This document shows, one piece after another, positions 9,852 to 19,196 of a stretch of 64,000 nt of DNA. The position numbers were made by a program, and so were the translations under genes. Origin of the DNA: Ignavibacteriota bacterium (GTDB lineage Bacteria; Bacteroidota; Ignavibacteria; UBA10030; CAVZMI01); contig CAVZMI010000023.1 in the NCBI GenBank assembly GCA_963776275.1, forward strand, positions 460,063-524,062, in the 5' to 3' direction. Every line of letters begins with the position of its first letter. Position 1 is the first letter of the stretch. The notes under the pieces were generated by a model. It did not search any database. It worked only from the letters and a program-made list of their open reading frames with translations, and had not been told where the DNA came from.

Positions 9852-10156
9852 AGCCAGGTGACCGAGTTAGGTCGCCATAGAAAGAGCCATATCGAGGCAA
9901 CCACAGAGAAGAGATTTTATAAAGTCCGGAATAGCCAGGTGACCGAGTTAGGTCGCCATAGAAAGAGCCATATCGAGGCAACCGCTTTAGAGTTGCCATT
10001 TTTTGAGGTTACCTCGATATGGCTATTGAATTTGCTAATTGACTTGGTAACCTGGCTATTGCATTCTCATCCGGATATCAACAGCCAGGTGGCCGAGTTA
10101 AATTGCGATATATTAAGCCACCCTTCGATGTACTCAGGGTGAATATCGAGGCCACC
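9852..10156. repeat. Hairpin repeat family copies B-E
   Basis: Identical 51-bp copies at 9852-9902 and 9933-9983, an inverted copy at 10007-10057, and a copy at 10083-10156 with nested CACCCTTCGATGTACTCAGGGTG. Confidence 0.85.
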
Positions 10157-10227
10157 GCTTTCCAAGAGAAAAATTTAAGAATAATCCGAGTTAGCCTAAG
10201 AGGATCAGAGGGATGGAGAGTTTTGGA

Positions 10228-10815
10228 TTATTTCATCTTCTGCACTTCCAAATAGCGATAGCAGTCGACGAGGTGATCGTTGACCATTCCAGCGGCCTGC
10301 ATGAAAGAATAGCAGATCGTAGGCCCTACAAATGTAAATCCCCTGCTCTTCATATCCCTGCTCATCGTTTCTGCCTCTCGTGATGTTGCCGGAAGCTGCG
10401 ACAGTCTCCGGTATCGATGTACCAGCATTTTCCCATCCGTAAATTGCCAGATGTATGAGTCGAACGATCCGAATTCTTGCCGGACCTTCAAAAAATGCCG
10501 TGCGTTCGATATTGTAGCTTTGATCTTGAGGCGATTCCTCACGATGCCTGGATTTGCCAGAAGCCGTTGAACATCTTTTATTGTATACCGGGCAATTCGC
10601 GCCGGATCAAAATTGTGAAATGCTTTTCGAAAATTTTCCCGTTTCTTCAGCACTATTTCCCAGCTCAAGCCGGCCTGGACAGCATCGAGAATCATGAATT
10701 CGAAAAGTTTCCTGTCTTCATGAATCGGAACACCCCACTCATGATCGTGATAGTCTATCATCAGGGGATTACTGGAAGTCCACCCGCACCTCTTTTTTCC
10801 ATCAGAGAATACCAT
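10228..10815 (-). CDS. tag: DNA-3-methyladenine glycosylase I
   Basis: RCGW, YHDHEWGVP, QAGLSW..VLKKRENF, FVGPTICYSFMQAAGMVNDH..C. Confidence 0.95.
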   Translation of the reverse strand: MVFSDGKKRCGWTSSNPLMIDYHDHEWGVPIHEDRKLFEFMILDAVQAGLSWEIVLKKRENFRKAFHNFDPARIARYTIKDVQRLLANPGIVRNRLKIKATISNARHFLKVRQEFGSFDSYIWQFTDGKMLVHRYRRLSQLPATSREAETMSRDMKSRGFTFVGPTICYSFMQAAGMVNDHLVDCYRYLEVQKMK

Positions 10816-10834
10816 TCTATTATTTCCATCAATT

Positions 10835-11379
10835 CTACTGAAATAAAATCTTTACAATGAACAATGCCCCCAACGCCCCGGCAAGATCGGCCATGAGTCC
10901 GGCCGGAACGGCATGACGCGTAGTCTTGATATTTGCAGCACCAAAATAAACTGCGAGGACATAGAATGTTGTTTCTGAACTTCCATAAATCGTTGAGACC
11001 AGGACTCCAACGAACGAATCGGTCCGTAGGTTTTCATGATGTCGGTCATTAAACCGAGTGATCCGCTTCCCGAGAGAGGTCGCATTAATACCATCGGCAA
11101 TGCTTCCGCCGGCATACCGATGAGTCGTGTAACTGGATCGAGCAGCATCACCAGAAAATCGAGCGCCCCGCTTGCACGAAATATTCCGATGGCAACGAGC
11201 ATACCGACTAAATACGGAATGATCCGCAGTGCAACGTTGAAACCTTCTTTTGCCCCGTCGATAAACACATCATAGACTTTCACCCGCTTGAAAAATGCAT
11301 AGAGAAGGAATACAACTATGATGAGTGGAATTGCAAGGGCCGCAACAAGACCGATAATGGAACGGAAGAGATCGACCAT
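10835..11379 (-). CDS. spmB: Spore maturation protein B-like membrane protein (gate domain), apparent -1 frameshift at ~11021
   Basis: FIDGAKEGF, RPLSGSGS. Adding one base restores YGPDSFVG..STIYGSSETTFYVLAVYFGA..RHA..AGLMAD to TAG at 10835. Confidence 0.85.
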
Positions 11380-12440
11380 CACTTTATCCCCCCTTCATCT
11401 TTTATTGTTATTTCCCGGAATGCTTTTTCCTCTTCTTCGGTGAGTTCGATCTGCTTCCGAAATACCGGAAGACGCTGGAGTAATTTCGCCGTTGCAATGC
11501 CAACAATGGTTGCACACGACGCACCGAAGATCGACGTACCAATAATCACCGCCGGGTTGGCCGAGCCTATGCCGACACGAATTGCCAGTGCGGTCGCAGG
11601 AATCAGTGTCAGCCCCCCCGTGTTGATTGCTAAAAACGTTACCATTGCATTTGTGGCAACGCCCTTCTTTCGATTTAAGGTATTCAACTCATCCATCGCT
11701 TTCAAGCCAAACGGTGTAGCGGCGTTGCTCAGCCCCAACATATTCGCGGCAATATTCATGACCATCGCAGCCATCGCCGGATGGTTTTCAGGAACATCCG
11801 GAAAGAGGCGCGTCATAATCGGAGAAAGCCCCCGTGTTATTAACCCGGCGAGACCGGCTACCTCTGCGACTTTCATAATGCCAAGCCATAGTGCCATGAC
11901 GCCGACCAGCCCAAGAGCAATCGTTACGGCAATATTTGCGTATTCTAAAACCGCCTGAGTCACCGCGCGAATCCTTACCAGGGTTATAGATTCAAAAACA
12001 ATAGACGCCTGATGTCCTGTCCCCCCGCCGGAATGTAGTACAATTTTTCCGTTCAATTTGTCTTTTACACCGGCAGCCTTTGCCATTTTCTGCCACCATA
12101 GGTGAGATTTTTCCGAGAGAAGAAGCTGGAATGTACCGGTCCCATCTCCCATTAAGGTGACAGACGCCGGTTGTATAATAAAAGTTGTATCATCCCGACC
12201 TGGTTGAGGCCCGGATGCCGAGGAGAGACGATAAAAATCCGAAAAACGAGTGAAGGGAAGAATAATAAGACAAGGTCGTGATTGACAGGGTTGTGCAAGC
12301 GTATCGTGATCGGTAAATCGGACAGCCACTTCGAGAGCTTCACCGTTCCGGTATGTGTTCCGGACTTGATCGTTGATATCGCTGCCAACTGCAACTGCAA
12401 TTCCCAGAACGATGAGTCCGATCCAGATGTAGTTTAACAT
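11379..12440 (-). CDS. spmA: Spore maturation protein A-like (nucleoside recognition gate domain) with an extra periplasmic segment
   Basis: MLNYIW, MALWLGIMK, ANMLGLSNAATPFGLKAM, FLAINT motifs. Confidence 0.88.
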   Translation of the reverse strand: MLNYIWIGLIVLGIAVAVGSDINDQVRNTYRNGEALEVAVRFTDHDTLAQPCQSRPCLIILPFTRFSDFYRLSSASGPQPGRDDTTFIIQPASVTLMGDGTGTFQLLLSEKSHLWWQKMAKAAGVKDKLNGKIVLHSGGGTGHQASIVFESITLVRIRAVTQAVLEYANIAVTIALGLVGVMALWLGIMKVAEVAGLAGLITRGLSPIMTRLFPDVPENHPAMAAMVMNIAANMLGLSNAATPFGLKAMDELNTLNRKKGVATNAMVTFLAINTGGLTLIPATALAIRVGIGSANPAVIIGTSIFGASCATIVGIATAKLLQRLPVFRKQIELTEEEEKAFREITIKDEGGIK

Positions 12441-12554
12441 TGTCTCACCCTGTTTTTTCCTACTCTTGCGCCAAGGGTCGTCAGACTTCGACGAACTCTG
12501 TCGAGCGCATAAGCCTATGGTTTAGTGTTCTTATACCCGACAGCCGTGGAAGAG

Positions 12555-12636
12555 TCCTCTGTGTTCTCTGTGGTAATCTTTAACAAAGATAAAATATAAC
12601 CACAGAGGTCACAAAGGAAAAAATGAGAACACAGAG
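12555..12636. repeat. CTCTGTG/CACAGAG inverted repeat element
   Basis: CTCTGTGTTCTCTGTGGT ... ACCACAGAGG ... GAGAACACAGAG. Confidence 0.55.
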
Positions 12637-12637
12637 T

Positions 12638-13228
12638 TTAAAAAGAAACCTTGAAGTTGATTGCTATTCCTGTCGGCTGTGGAAATGGCTGCAGCATCAC
12701 CTTCGAATTTTTATTAAAATCGAACAAGCTTGCATCGACGAACGCATCGAGAATGTTGATAGCATATAAAAGGCCGAGATACCAGGCAAAACCATCGCGC
12801 TCGTCGCGGTAAAACTCACGAATGGTCAGCAGGCGGCTGTTTCCATTTCGTTGAGTCGGAGTGATACTTGCGTTATATTGATCGCGGTAATCACGATAGA
12901 GGTTATCGGTCTGGATCCATTCATATACGAACCATCCGCCGATTCCGAGTATAACCGGAGTTTTCCAGTATGATTCGTTATATATCTGACCGGCACCGGG
13001 AAGAACAGCCGAGAGCCCCATTGCAAGAATCGTCGATTTTGTCTGATGATAGGGTGCAGAGAGCGAATCTTCCACTCCAGACACTTTCACCGTATCACCC
13101 TGAATATAAGGAGATGTGAGAGAAATAAGGGGAGAACGGAACGTCGCCTTCTCGACTGTGTCTTGTGCGCTGAGCGGAGCGGCACCAGTCAGAAATATCA
13201 CAAGCGCTATAGGGATTATTTTCCTCAT
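12638..13228 (-). CDS. DUF5683-like exported/membrane protein
   Basis: SAVLPGAGQIYN..YWK.P and YAINILDAFVDASL motifs. Confidence 0.8.
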   Translation of the reverse strand: MRKIIPIALVIFLTGAAPLSAQDTVEKATFRSPLISLTSPYIQGDTVKVSGVEDSLSAPYHQTKSTILAMGLSAVLPGAGQIYNESYWKTPVILGIGGWFVYEWIQTDNLYRDYRDQYNASITPTQRNGNSRLLTIREFYRDERDGFAWYLGLLYAINILDAFVDASLFDFNKNSKVMLQPFPQPTGIAINFKVSF

Positions 13229-13231
13229 AGA

Positions 13232-13615
13232 TTAGAGGACGGCAATGACCTCAATTTCGACGCTGACATCCCGGGGAAGCCGTACAACCTGGATGGCACT
13301 CCGTGCCGGGCTGTTCGTCCCAAAATATTCTCCGTACACTTCATTCATCGCTGTAAAATCTTTCATGTCTGTCAAGAACACCGTTGTTTTTACCACGTTG
13401 GCATATGAAGCTCCGGCTTCATGGAGTATCGTACCGATATTTTCACAGACCTGGCGTGTCTGGGCCTTGATATCTCCGATAATGACGGCATTTGTCGCCG
13501 GATCGATCGGAATCTGACCGGCGAGAAAAAGCATCTTCCCCGATGCTTCTATTGCCTGATTGTAAGGCCCGATCGGAAGTGGCGCCTTCGGTGTTTTAAT
13601 GACAATTTTTCCCAT
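13232..13615 (-). CDS. ridA: RidA/YjgF enamine deaminase
   Basis: [34 protein letters not shown]...VEIE. Confidence 0.93.
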   Translation of the reverse strand: MGKIVIKTPKAPLPIGPYNQAIEASGKMLFLAGQIPIDPATNAVIIGDIKAQTRQVCENIGTILHEAGASYANVVKTTVFLTDMKDFTAMNEVYGEYFGTNSPARSAIQVVRLPRDVSVEIEVIAVL

Positions 13616-13617
13616 AC

Positions 13618-14541
13618 TTATATATTTCTTTTTTCAAGATCGGAAATGAGCTCGACAATCCTTTCGAGATCATCCTGAGAATAATATTCTATCGTGATTT
13701 CCCCTTTTCCTGTCGGGTGAGATTTGATCTGGACTTTAGTACCCAGAGCATGACGAAGCCGTGATTCCATATTCCTGATTCCACCATCGGCCGGTGAAAG
13801 TGTGGCGGGTGTCCCTTTCCGTGGAACCGGTATTTTATTTCCGATCGTGCGAACAAGTTCTTCCACTCTTCTTACCGACAATCCCTGCCGGGTGATGCGA
13901 TGCCAGATCTTCAATTGTACGGCTTCGTTTGGTAATGCAATGAGCGCGCGGGCATGTCCCATACTGATCTCTTCTCGCCGGAGACTCAATTGAACTTGGG
14001 CGGGAAGTTTTAATAGTCTCAGAAAATTAGTTACCGTTGTCCGGTCTTTCCCTATTTTTTGGGCAACAAGTTCCTGTGTGAGATCACATTCATCAATCAA
14101 CCGCTGATAGGAGATCGCCACTTCAATCGGATTCAGGTGCTCACGCTGGAGGTTTTCGACCAGCGCCAGCTCGAGCATTTCTTCATCTCTTTTTACTTCG
14201 ACGATATAGGCGGGGATCGTTTTCAGTCCGATCTCCTGAGATGCACGTACACGCCGTTCACCCGAAATAAGACCATAATTACCGTCAGCTGTCCGACGTA
14301 CGGTAATCGGTTGTATGACTCCTTTCTCGCGGATCGAGCGTTTCAAATCCTCTTGCGCTTCAACATTGAAATCCAATCGAGGTTGAAACGGGTTGGGCTT
14401 GATGCGATCAAGTTCAATGCTTGCAATGATGTTTGTCTGTTCTGAATCATCCCTGCGTACTTCAGGCGCGGTACGCGGTTCTTCGGGTGTCGATCGCTGG
14501 AGTAAAGCACTCAATCCCTTTCCTAAGACCGTTTTGCTCAT
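13618..14541 (-). CDS. parB: Chromosome partitioning protein ParB
   Basis: [36 protein letters not shown] ([14 protein letters not shown]). Confidence 0.96.
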   Translation of the reverse strand: MSKTVLGKGLSALLQRSTPEEPRTAPEVRRDDSEQTNIIASIELDRIKPNPFQPRLDFNVEAQEDLKRSIREKGVIQPITVRRTADGNYGLISGERRVRASQEIGLKTIPAYIVEVKRDEEMLELALVENLQREHLNPIEVAISYQRLIDECDLTQELVAQKIGKDRTTVTNFLRLLKLPAQVQLSLRREEISMGHARALIALPNEAVQLKIWHRITRQGLSVRRVEELVRTIGNKIPVPRKGTPATLSPADGGIRNMESRLRHALGTKVQIKSHPTGKGEITIEYYSQDDLERIVELISDLEKRNI

Positions 14542-15341
14542 AGAGTATGCTGTTCTCCGATCTTCGTTTGGGTAAGATGATTGTTATGAGTGAGAATTTC
14601 TTTCGCGAGCTCCATATAATTTCTGGTACCGCTTGAGACCGCATCATAAAGAATAATCGGCTTTCCAAAACTCGGAGCTTCGCTCAAGCGGACATTCCGA
14701 TTGATAATCGTATGAAAAACCTTTTCACCAAAATATTTCTTCACTTCCTCCACAATTTGATTCGAGAGACGTAATCGACTGTCGAACATAGTCATGAGAA
14801 CACCCTCGATTGCCAACGAAGGATTTAATCCCTTTTTTATGATATTGATAGTATTGAGAAGCTGACTGAGACCTTCCAGCGCGTAATATTCACATTGAAC
14901 GGGGATTAGAACGGTATCAGCAGACGTCAATGCATTAAGCGTAAGAAGTCCAAGAGAAGGCGGACAATCAATAATAATATATTTATAGGTATTACGGACC
15001 TTTTCGAGGGCATGCCTGAGCAGAAGTTCGCGTTCGGGTAATTCTACAAATTCGACCTCTGCGCCGACGAGATTCACATTTGATGGGAGAACCGAAAGGT
15101 ATGGGACGGCAGTCTCAACAATAACATTCGCGGGTTCTTCCCCGCCGAGAAGGACTTCATATATCGATTTTCCATCGTTTTTTTTATCGATCCCCACGCC
15201 GCTTGTGGCATTCGCCTGCGGATCAATATCGACAAGTAAAGTAGAAAATTCCGCTACGGAAAGGCACGCGGCAAGGTTGACCGCTGTCGTCGTTTTCCCA
15301 ACTCCTCCTTTTTGGTTCGTTATTGTTATAATCTTCCCCAA
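14538..15341 (-). CDS. parA: Chromosome partitioning ATPase ParA/Soj
   Basis: [44 protein letters not shown] start at 15341 with GGAG RBS. Confidence 0.96.
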   Translation of the reverse strand: MGKIITITNQKGGVGKTTTAVNLAACLSVAEFSTLLVDIDPQANATSGVGIDKKNDGKSIYEVLLGGEEPANVIVETAVPYLSVLPSNVNLVGAEVEFVELPERELLLRHALEKVRNTYKYIIIDCPPSLGLLTLNALTSADTVLIPVQCEYYALEGLSQLLNTINIIKKGLNPSLAIEGVLMTMFDSRLRLSNQIVEEVKKYFGEKVFHTIINRNVRLSEAPSFGKPIILYDAVSSGTRNYMELAKEILTHNNHLTQTKIGEQHTL

Positions 15342-15500
15342 TACGGACTCCAACAAAATTTCACCATAGTTAAACCGACGGTAATTATCATTTCTCCCCA
15401 CCAAGGAAAAATCAGACATGTATCGCTCAGCCGGTATAATCTGGAGTGGTGGGACCTTTTATGAATCCTCCGCAGAGATGGCGTGAAACCGTGTGAAACA

Positions 15501-15529
15501 AATATAAATCAATTTTTAAGGGATTGCAA
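15501..15529 (-). promoter_or_regulatory. Sigma70-type promoter for parAB
   Basis: TTGCAA-N17-TATATT, immediately followed by TGTTTCAC-AC-GGTTTCACG. Confidence 0.6.
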
Positions 15530-15539
15530 TCAAAATATT

Positions 15540-15720
15540 AGTTATCAACAGCTTATCAACGACTTTTTTAAAGGTTAATTTCGAAACCACAAATACTAAT
15601 TTTTATTCTAAAGACGATGAAATTTGCTGTCCCTGAGAACTGGTAATTATCAACACCCTTCACCAGTTATCCACATCATACCGTCTTCAAAATAATACAG
15701 GAGGAGTTAAATTCTACTTG
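15540..15720. other. Candidate replication origin (DnaA-box cluster)
   Basis: TTATCAACA 15542, TTATCAACG 15553, TTATCAACA 15647, perfect TTATCCACA 15667, with an AT-rich tract between. Intergenic, upstream of parA. Confidence 0.55.
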
Positions 15721-15764
15721 TCCTATTTGACGGTTGACTTAGAATTATAGCCCGTTATTGGCAA

Positions 15765-16385
15765 TCATGCTCCAACCAGCACCACGATTAATTCTCTGGT
15801 TCCGTGCATCCCTTTAACGAGGATTTTTTCAATATCTGCCGTACGGCTTGGTCCGGTAATAAACGTCAACGAGCTTGCTTTATGCATCCAATCAACATCA
15901 GATTTCTGAAGATGGGCAAAATATTCTTCAAGCGTCGAAACGCATTGCCCCGGACGTGCGATGACACAATGCGTCCGTGTAACAAGCGACAAGACTTTCT
16001 TTTTATTCTCGCCTCCCGATAGAATGACGGTCCCGGTCTCGGCAATAAGTGCATCACAAGTCGTTATTCCTCCCTCACTCTGAACAGGCTCTCCCTCAAG
16101 AGAAAAACCTTCGTACGGGATATCATGAAGATACGGCGTCGATTCCACACAGACTCGATCCAACGTTGAAAATATTTGAGACAGAATTACCGGCAATTCT
16201 TTTTTTGTACAACGGACCATCCTTCCACCGACTTTTTCAAGCGCATCGTTGAATTGTTTATGCAGCATTTCATACGACTCGGGATTCGACTGTTGCAGCG
16301 ATTTTTCTCTTTCGATTGTTTCATAATCCACCGCAGTGAGATTCCGACGGATCCGGCTTATAATATTTTCACGTGTTGAGTTCAT
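15765..16385 (-). CDS. lutC: Lactate utilization protein C (LUD domain)
   Basis: IAETGTV, FITGPSRTADIE..LV.GMHG. Confidence 0.88.
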   Translation of the reverse strand: MNSTRENIISRIRRNLTAVDYETIEREKSLQQSNPESYEMLHKQFNDALEKVGGRMVRCTKKELPVILSQIFSTLDRVCVESTPYLHDIPYEGFSLEGEPVQSEGGITTCDALIAETGTVILSGGENKKKVLSLVTRTHCVIARPGQCVSTLEEYFAHLQKSDVDWMHKASSLTFITGPSRTADIEKILVKGMHGTRELIVVLVGA

Positions 16386-16391
16386 TGATTT

Positions 16392-17792
16392 TTAATCATT
16401 CTTTATTTGTTGACTTTCCCACCATTCATGAAACGATTCGTTCGCTGGTAGGGGGAAATCGCGCGTCACCGACCACGCCGGAACAGACAGCGACCCTTTT
16501 CTTTTCCATAACCGTGCGATAATGCGTGAAGATCGAAGTGCCAGACGGTAGAGAAACTCGCTCATCATGACAGTTTTCCACACCGAAAAGACAAATCGCT
16601 CAACGAGAGGAGACAGGCGTTTTTCAATTACCCGACTTCGCTGATAGAGGAGAAGATGGTGTATATTAATTTTCACGGGACAGATTTCAGAACAGCTCCC
16701 GCAGAGCGATGAGGCGAACGGAAGCGACGTTGCCTGTTCAATCGGATATAATGATGGAGTGAGAATCGATCCGATCGGTCCGGTATATACCGAACCATAT
16801 GCATGTCCGCCGACATTCTGAAACACCGGACATGTATTTGAACAGGCGCCGCACCTGATGCAGTACAACACCTCGCGCATGACAGAATCGCCTACTATCG
16901 CACTCCGGTTGTTATCCACCAGAATAACTATTATCTCATCCGGTCCATTTGTATCTTGAGACTTTCGAGGCGATTGAATTACCGAAACGTAGCTCGTCAT
17001 TAGCTGACCTGTGGCGCTCCGCGGCAATAGTTTCAAAAACAGCGGAAGATCCGAAATCGCCGGAAGGATTTTTTCTATCCCGGTGATGACGATGTGCGTT
17101 TTCGGTAATGTCGTCACGAAGCGTGCGTTTCCTTCATTTTCAATAATGACAATCGAGCCTGTATCAGCAATAAGGAAATTCGCTCCCGAGATTCCCATTT
17201 GAGCCGAAAAAAATTTTTCTCGCAGGATCTTCCTCGCAATTCCTGTCAGCTCGCCGGGATCATCTGTGTATTCCGTGTTGAGTTTTGATGAAAAAAGCTC
17301 CCCTATTTGCGATCGCGAGAGATGGAGCGCCGGTGCCGTAATATGCGACGGCGGCTCGTCGTTCAATTGTACAATATATTCACCCAGATCAGTCTCGACA
17401 ACTTCAATGTTCTGCTTTTCGAGATATTTATTCAGTCCGATTTCCTCAGTAACCATAGACTTAGATTTTACAACAAGCCGGGCATTTCTTTTTCGTGCTA
17501 TCAGCGCAACAAGCTCATTTGCTTCATCGGCGGTCTCGGCCCAGAGTACTTTTACACCGTGCGACACTGCATTGCGTTCGAACTCCTCCAGATATTGTGC
17601 AAGATGTCCTATCACATGGCGCTTGACGGAATATGCACGATTTCGAAGCTCTTCCCAATTTGTCATTTCATCGACTACCGCAGCACGGGCGGCCAAAGCG
17701 TAATGTGTCGCGTTGAGCAGGTTCTTCCGAAGCTGTTTATCGTGAAGCTTCTCTTTCGAATCCACTTTGAATTTGTTCACGTTCAGATGCAT
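16392..17792 (-). CDS. lutB: Lactate utilization Fe-S protein B
   Basis: KSKSMVTEE, ETDLGEYIVQL...PSHI..PA, CIRCGAC...CPV, CGSC..ICPV. Confidence 0.93.
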   Translation of the reverse strand: MHLNVNKFKVDSKEKLHDKQLRKNLLNATHYALAARAAVVDEMTNWEELRNRAYSVKRHVIGHLAQYLEEFERNAVSHGVKVLWAETADEANELVALIARKRNARLVVKSKSMVTEEIGLNKYLEKQNIEVVETDLGEYIVQLNDEPPSHITAPALHLSRSQIGELFSSKLNTEYTDDPGELTGIARKILREKFFSAQMGISGANFLIADTGSIVIIENEGNARFVTTLPKTHIVITGIEKILPAISDLPLFLKLLPRSATGQLMTSYVSVIQSPRKSQDTNGPDEIIVILVDNNRSAIVGDSVMREVLYCIRCGACSNTCPVFQNVGGHAYGSVYTGPIGSILTPSLYPIEQATSLPFASSLCGSCSEICPVKINIHHLLLYQRSRVIEKRLSPLVERFVFSVWKTVMMSEFLYRLALRSSRIIARLWKRKGSLSVPAWSVTRDFPLPANESFHEWWESQQIKND

Positions 17793-17795
17793 GGT

Positions 17796-18509
17796 TTATT
17801 GTCGCGCAAGAATTTCGGTCAGATGAATTGATTTTACCCTACTACTATGCCGGCGGAGATACCCCTCGATGTTCATCAGGCAACTCGAGTCATTAGCTAC
17901 GACATACCGCGCACCACTCTTTTCAATAGCAGCGACTTTTTGTTCGACCATTACCGTCGAAAGTTCCGGAAACTTCACTGCAAATGTCCCCCCGAAACCA
18001 CAGCAGCGTGTACTGTCTTCCATTTCAACGAATTCGAGTCCCTTAACATTCCGCAGCAGAATCCGCGGTTCATCTTTTATACCAAGTTCGTGAAGTAGAT
18101 GACATGCATCATGATAAGTAACCCTTTCCTCAAATCGGGCTCCGACATCGTAGATTTTGAGAATTTTTACCAGAAATTCCGAAAACTCGAACGTACGTGC
18201 GCATAATGCTTTCTGATCTTCGCTCAGTCCCCCTTCGAAAAGCTCATTGTAAAGATTCCGAACCATTCCGACACATGAACCGGAAGGAGCGACAATATAC
18301 TGACTCCGGTCAAAGACCTTCATCCACCGGGCGGCTACAGCGCGAGCATCGTGACGGTATCCAGTGTTCATCGCCGGTTGCCCGCAACAGGTTTGTGATG
18401 TTCTATAGTCGACCTCCACGCCTATACGCCGTAAGATTTCAACCATAGCAATTCCCGTGGCAGGGTAAAAAGAATCGACCAGACAGGGTATGAATAGTGT
18501 GACGCGCAT
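17796..18509 (-). CDS. lutA: Lactate utilization protein A (CCG domains)
   Basis: QTCCGQP, SGSC, YHDACH, CCGFGGTF, SSCLM. Confidence 0.93.
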   Translation of the reverse strand: MRVTLFIPCLVDSFYPATGIAMVEILRRIGVEVDYRTSQTCCGQPAMNTGYRHDARAVAARWMKVFDRSQYIVAPSGSCVGMVRNLYNELFEGGLSEDQKALCARTFEFSEFLVKILKIYDVGARFEERVTYHDACHLLHELGIKDEPRILLRNVKGLEFVEMEDSTRCCGFGGTFAVKFPELSTVMVEQKVAAIEKSGARYVVANDSSCLMNIEGYLRRHSSRVKSIHLTEILARQ

Positions 18510-18537
18510 GAGAGATTAAAAAGAAAAAGCTTTGTCG

Positions 18538-19095
18538 TTATTTAGACGCTTTTCTGTCAAAGCCGGCTTCCTCACGATATTTTTGATAGCAGTCAGGACA
18601 TAGTCCATGAGAAAACTGCGCCTGGGTATGTGTCGCGATATATTCCCCAACCTGTTTCCAATATTCTTCGTCATCACGAATTTTTTTGCATCTCGCGCAA
18701 ATGGGGATTAGCCCCCATAATGTCTACACATTACTGAGAGCGTCTTTGAGTTCTTTTGAAAGTGACCGTTCTTTTACAAGCAATTGATAGTATGAGATCG
18801 AGAACGAGAGAAAAGCCAGCAGTCGTATTCCCGTGTTCCAATACCCATAGAGAATGTGGCTGTATTGACGGCCGGAATATTGGTCGGAGATAAACCAGAC
18901 AATCGCGCTCAAAAAAGAAATACTGATGGAGTACCTTAGACCCAGCAGCCGGGCGGCCAAGGCAACAGGAATGAAATAAAAAATAAAAAATCCGAATTCC
19001 CACCCGGTTAAATTATCCACAACACCGAGGGCGAGTACACTCATAAAGATGACAATAAATATTATGATGCGTCGTATAGAATTTTTCTCAATCAT
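18538..19095 (-). pseudogene. Membrane sensor (DUF4118-like TM bundle plus PICxxCKK/HGxCPxC domain) interrupted by in-frame TAG at 18724-18726
   Basis: After ALSNV* the same frame continues TLWGLIPICARCKKIRDDEEYWKQV...FSHGLCPDCY to TAA at 18538. Confidence 0.75.
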
Positions 19096-19196
19096 ATCCT
19101 TACCCTCTCTTGCCTAAAAGAATGCCTGGCAACATCATAGTAAGAAGTCGGCTGAACCATTGTTTCATGGCATCTCATGGAGAAAATCGATTATCA

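Noticed and set aside
9852-9983. CRISPR-like repeat-spacer-repeat (51/30/51 bp)
   Set aside because: Only two units, the repeat is long, variants are dispersed in both orientations across the window, and there are no cas genes.
9395-10142. Three short ORFs (61-97 aa)
   Set aside because: They arise from palindromic repeats, and the duplicated peptide simply mirrors the 51-bp repeat.
19013-19021. Perfect DnaA box TTATCCACA
   Set aside because: Isolated and inside a coding region, as expected by chance.
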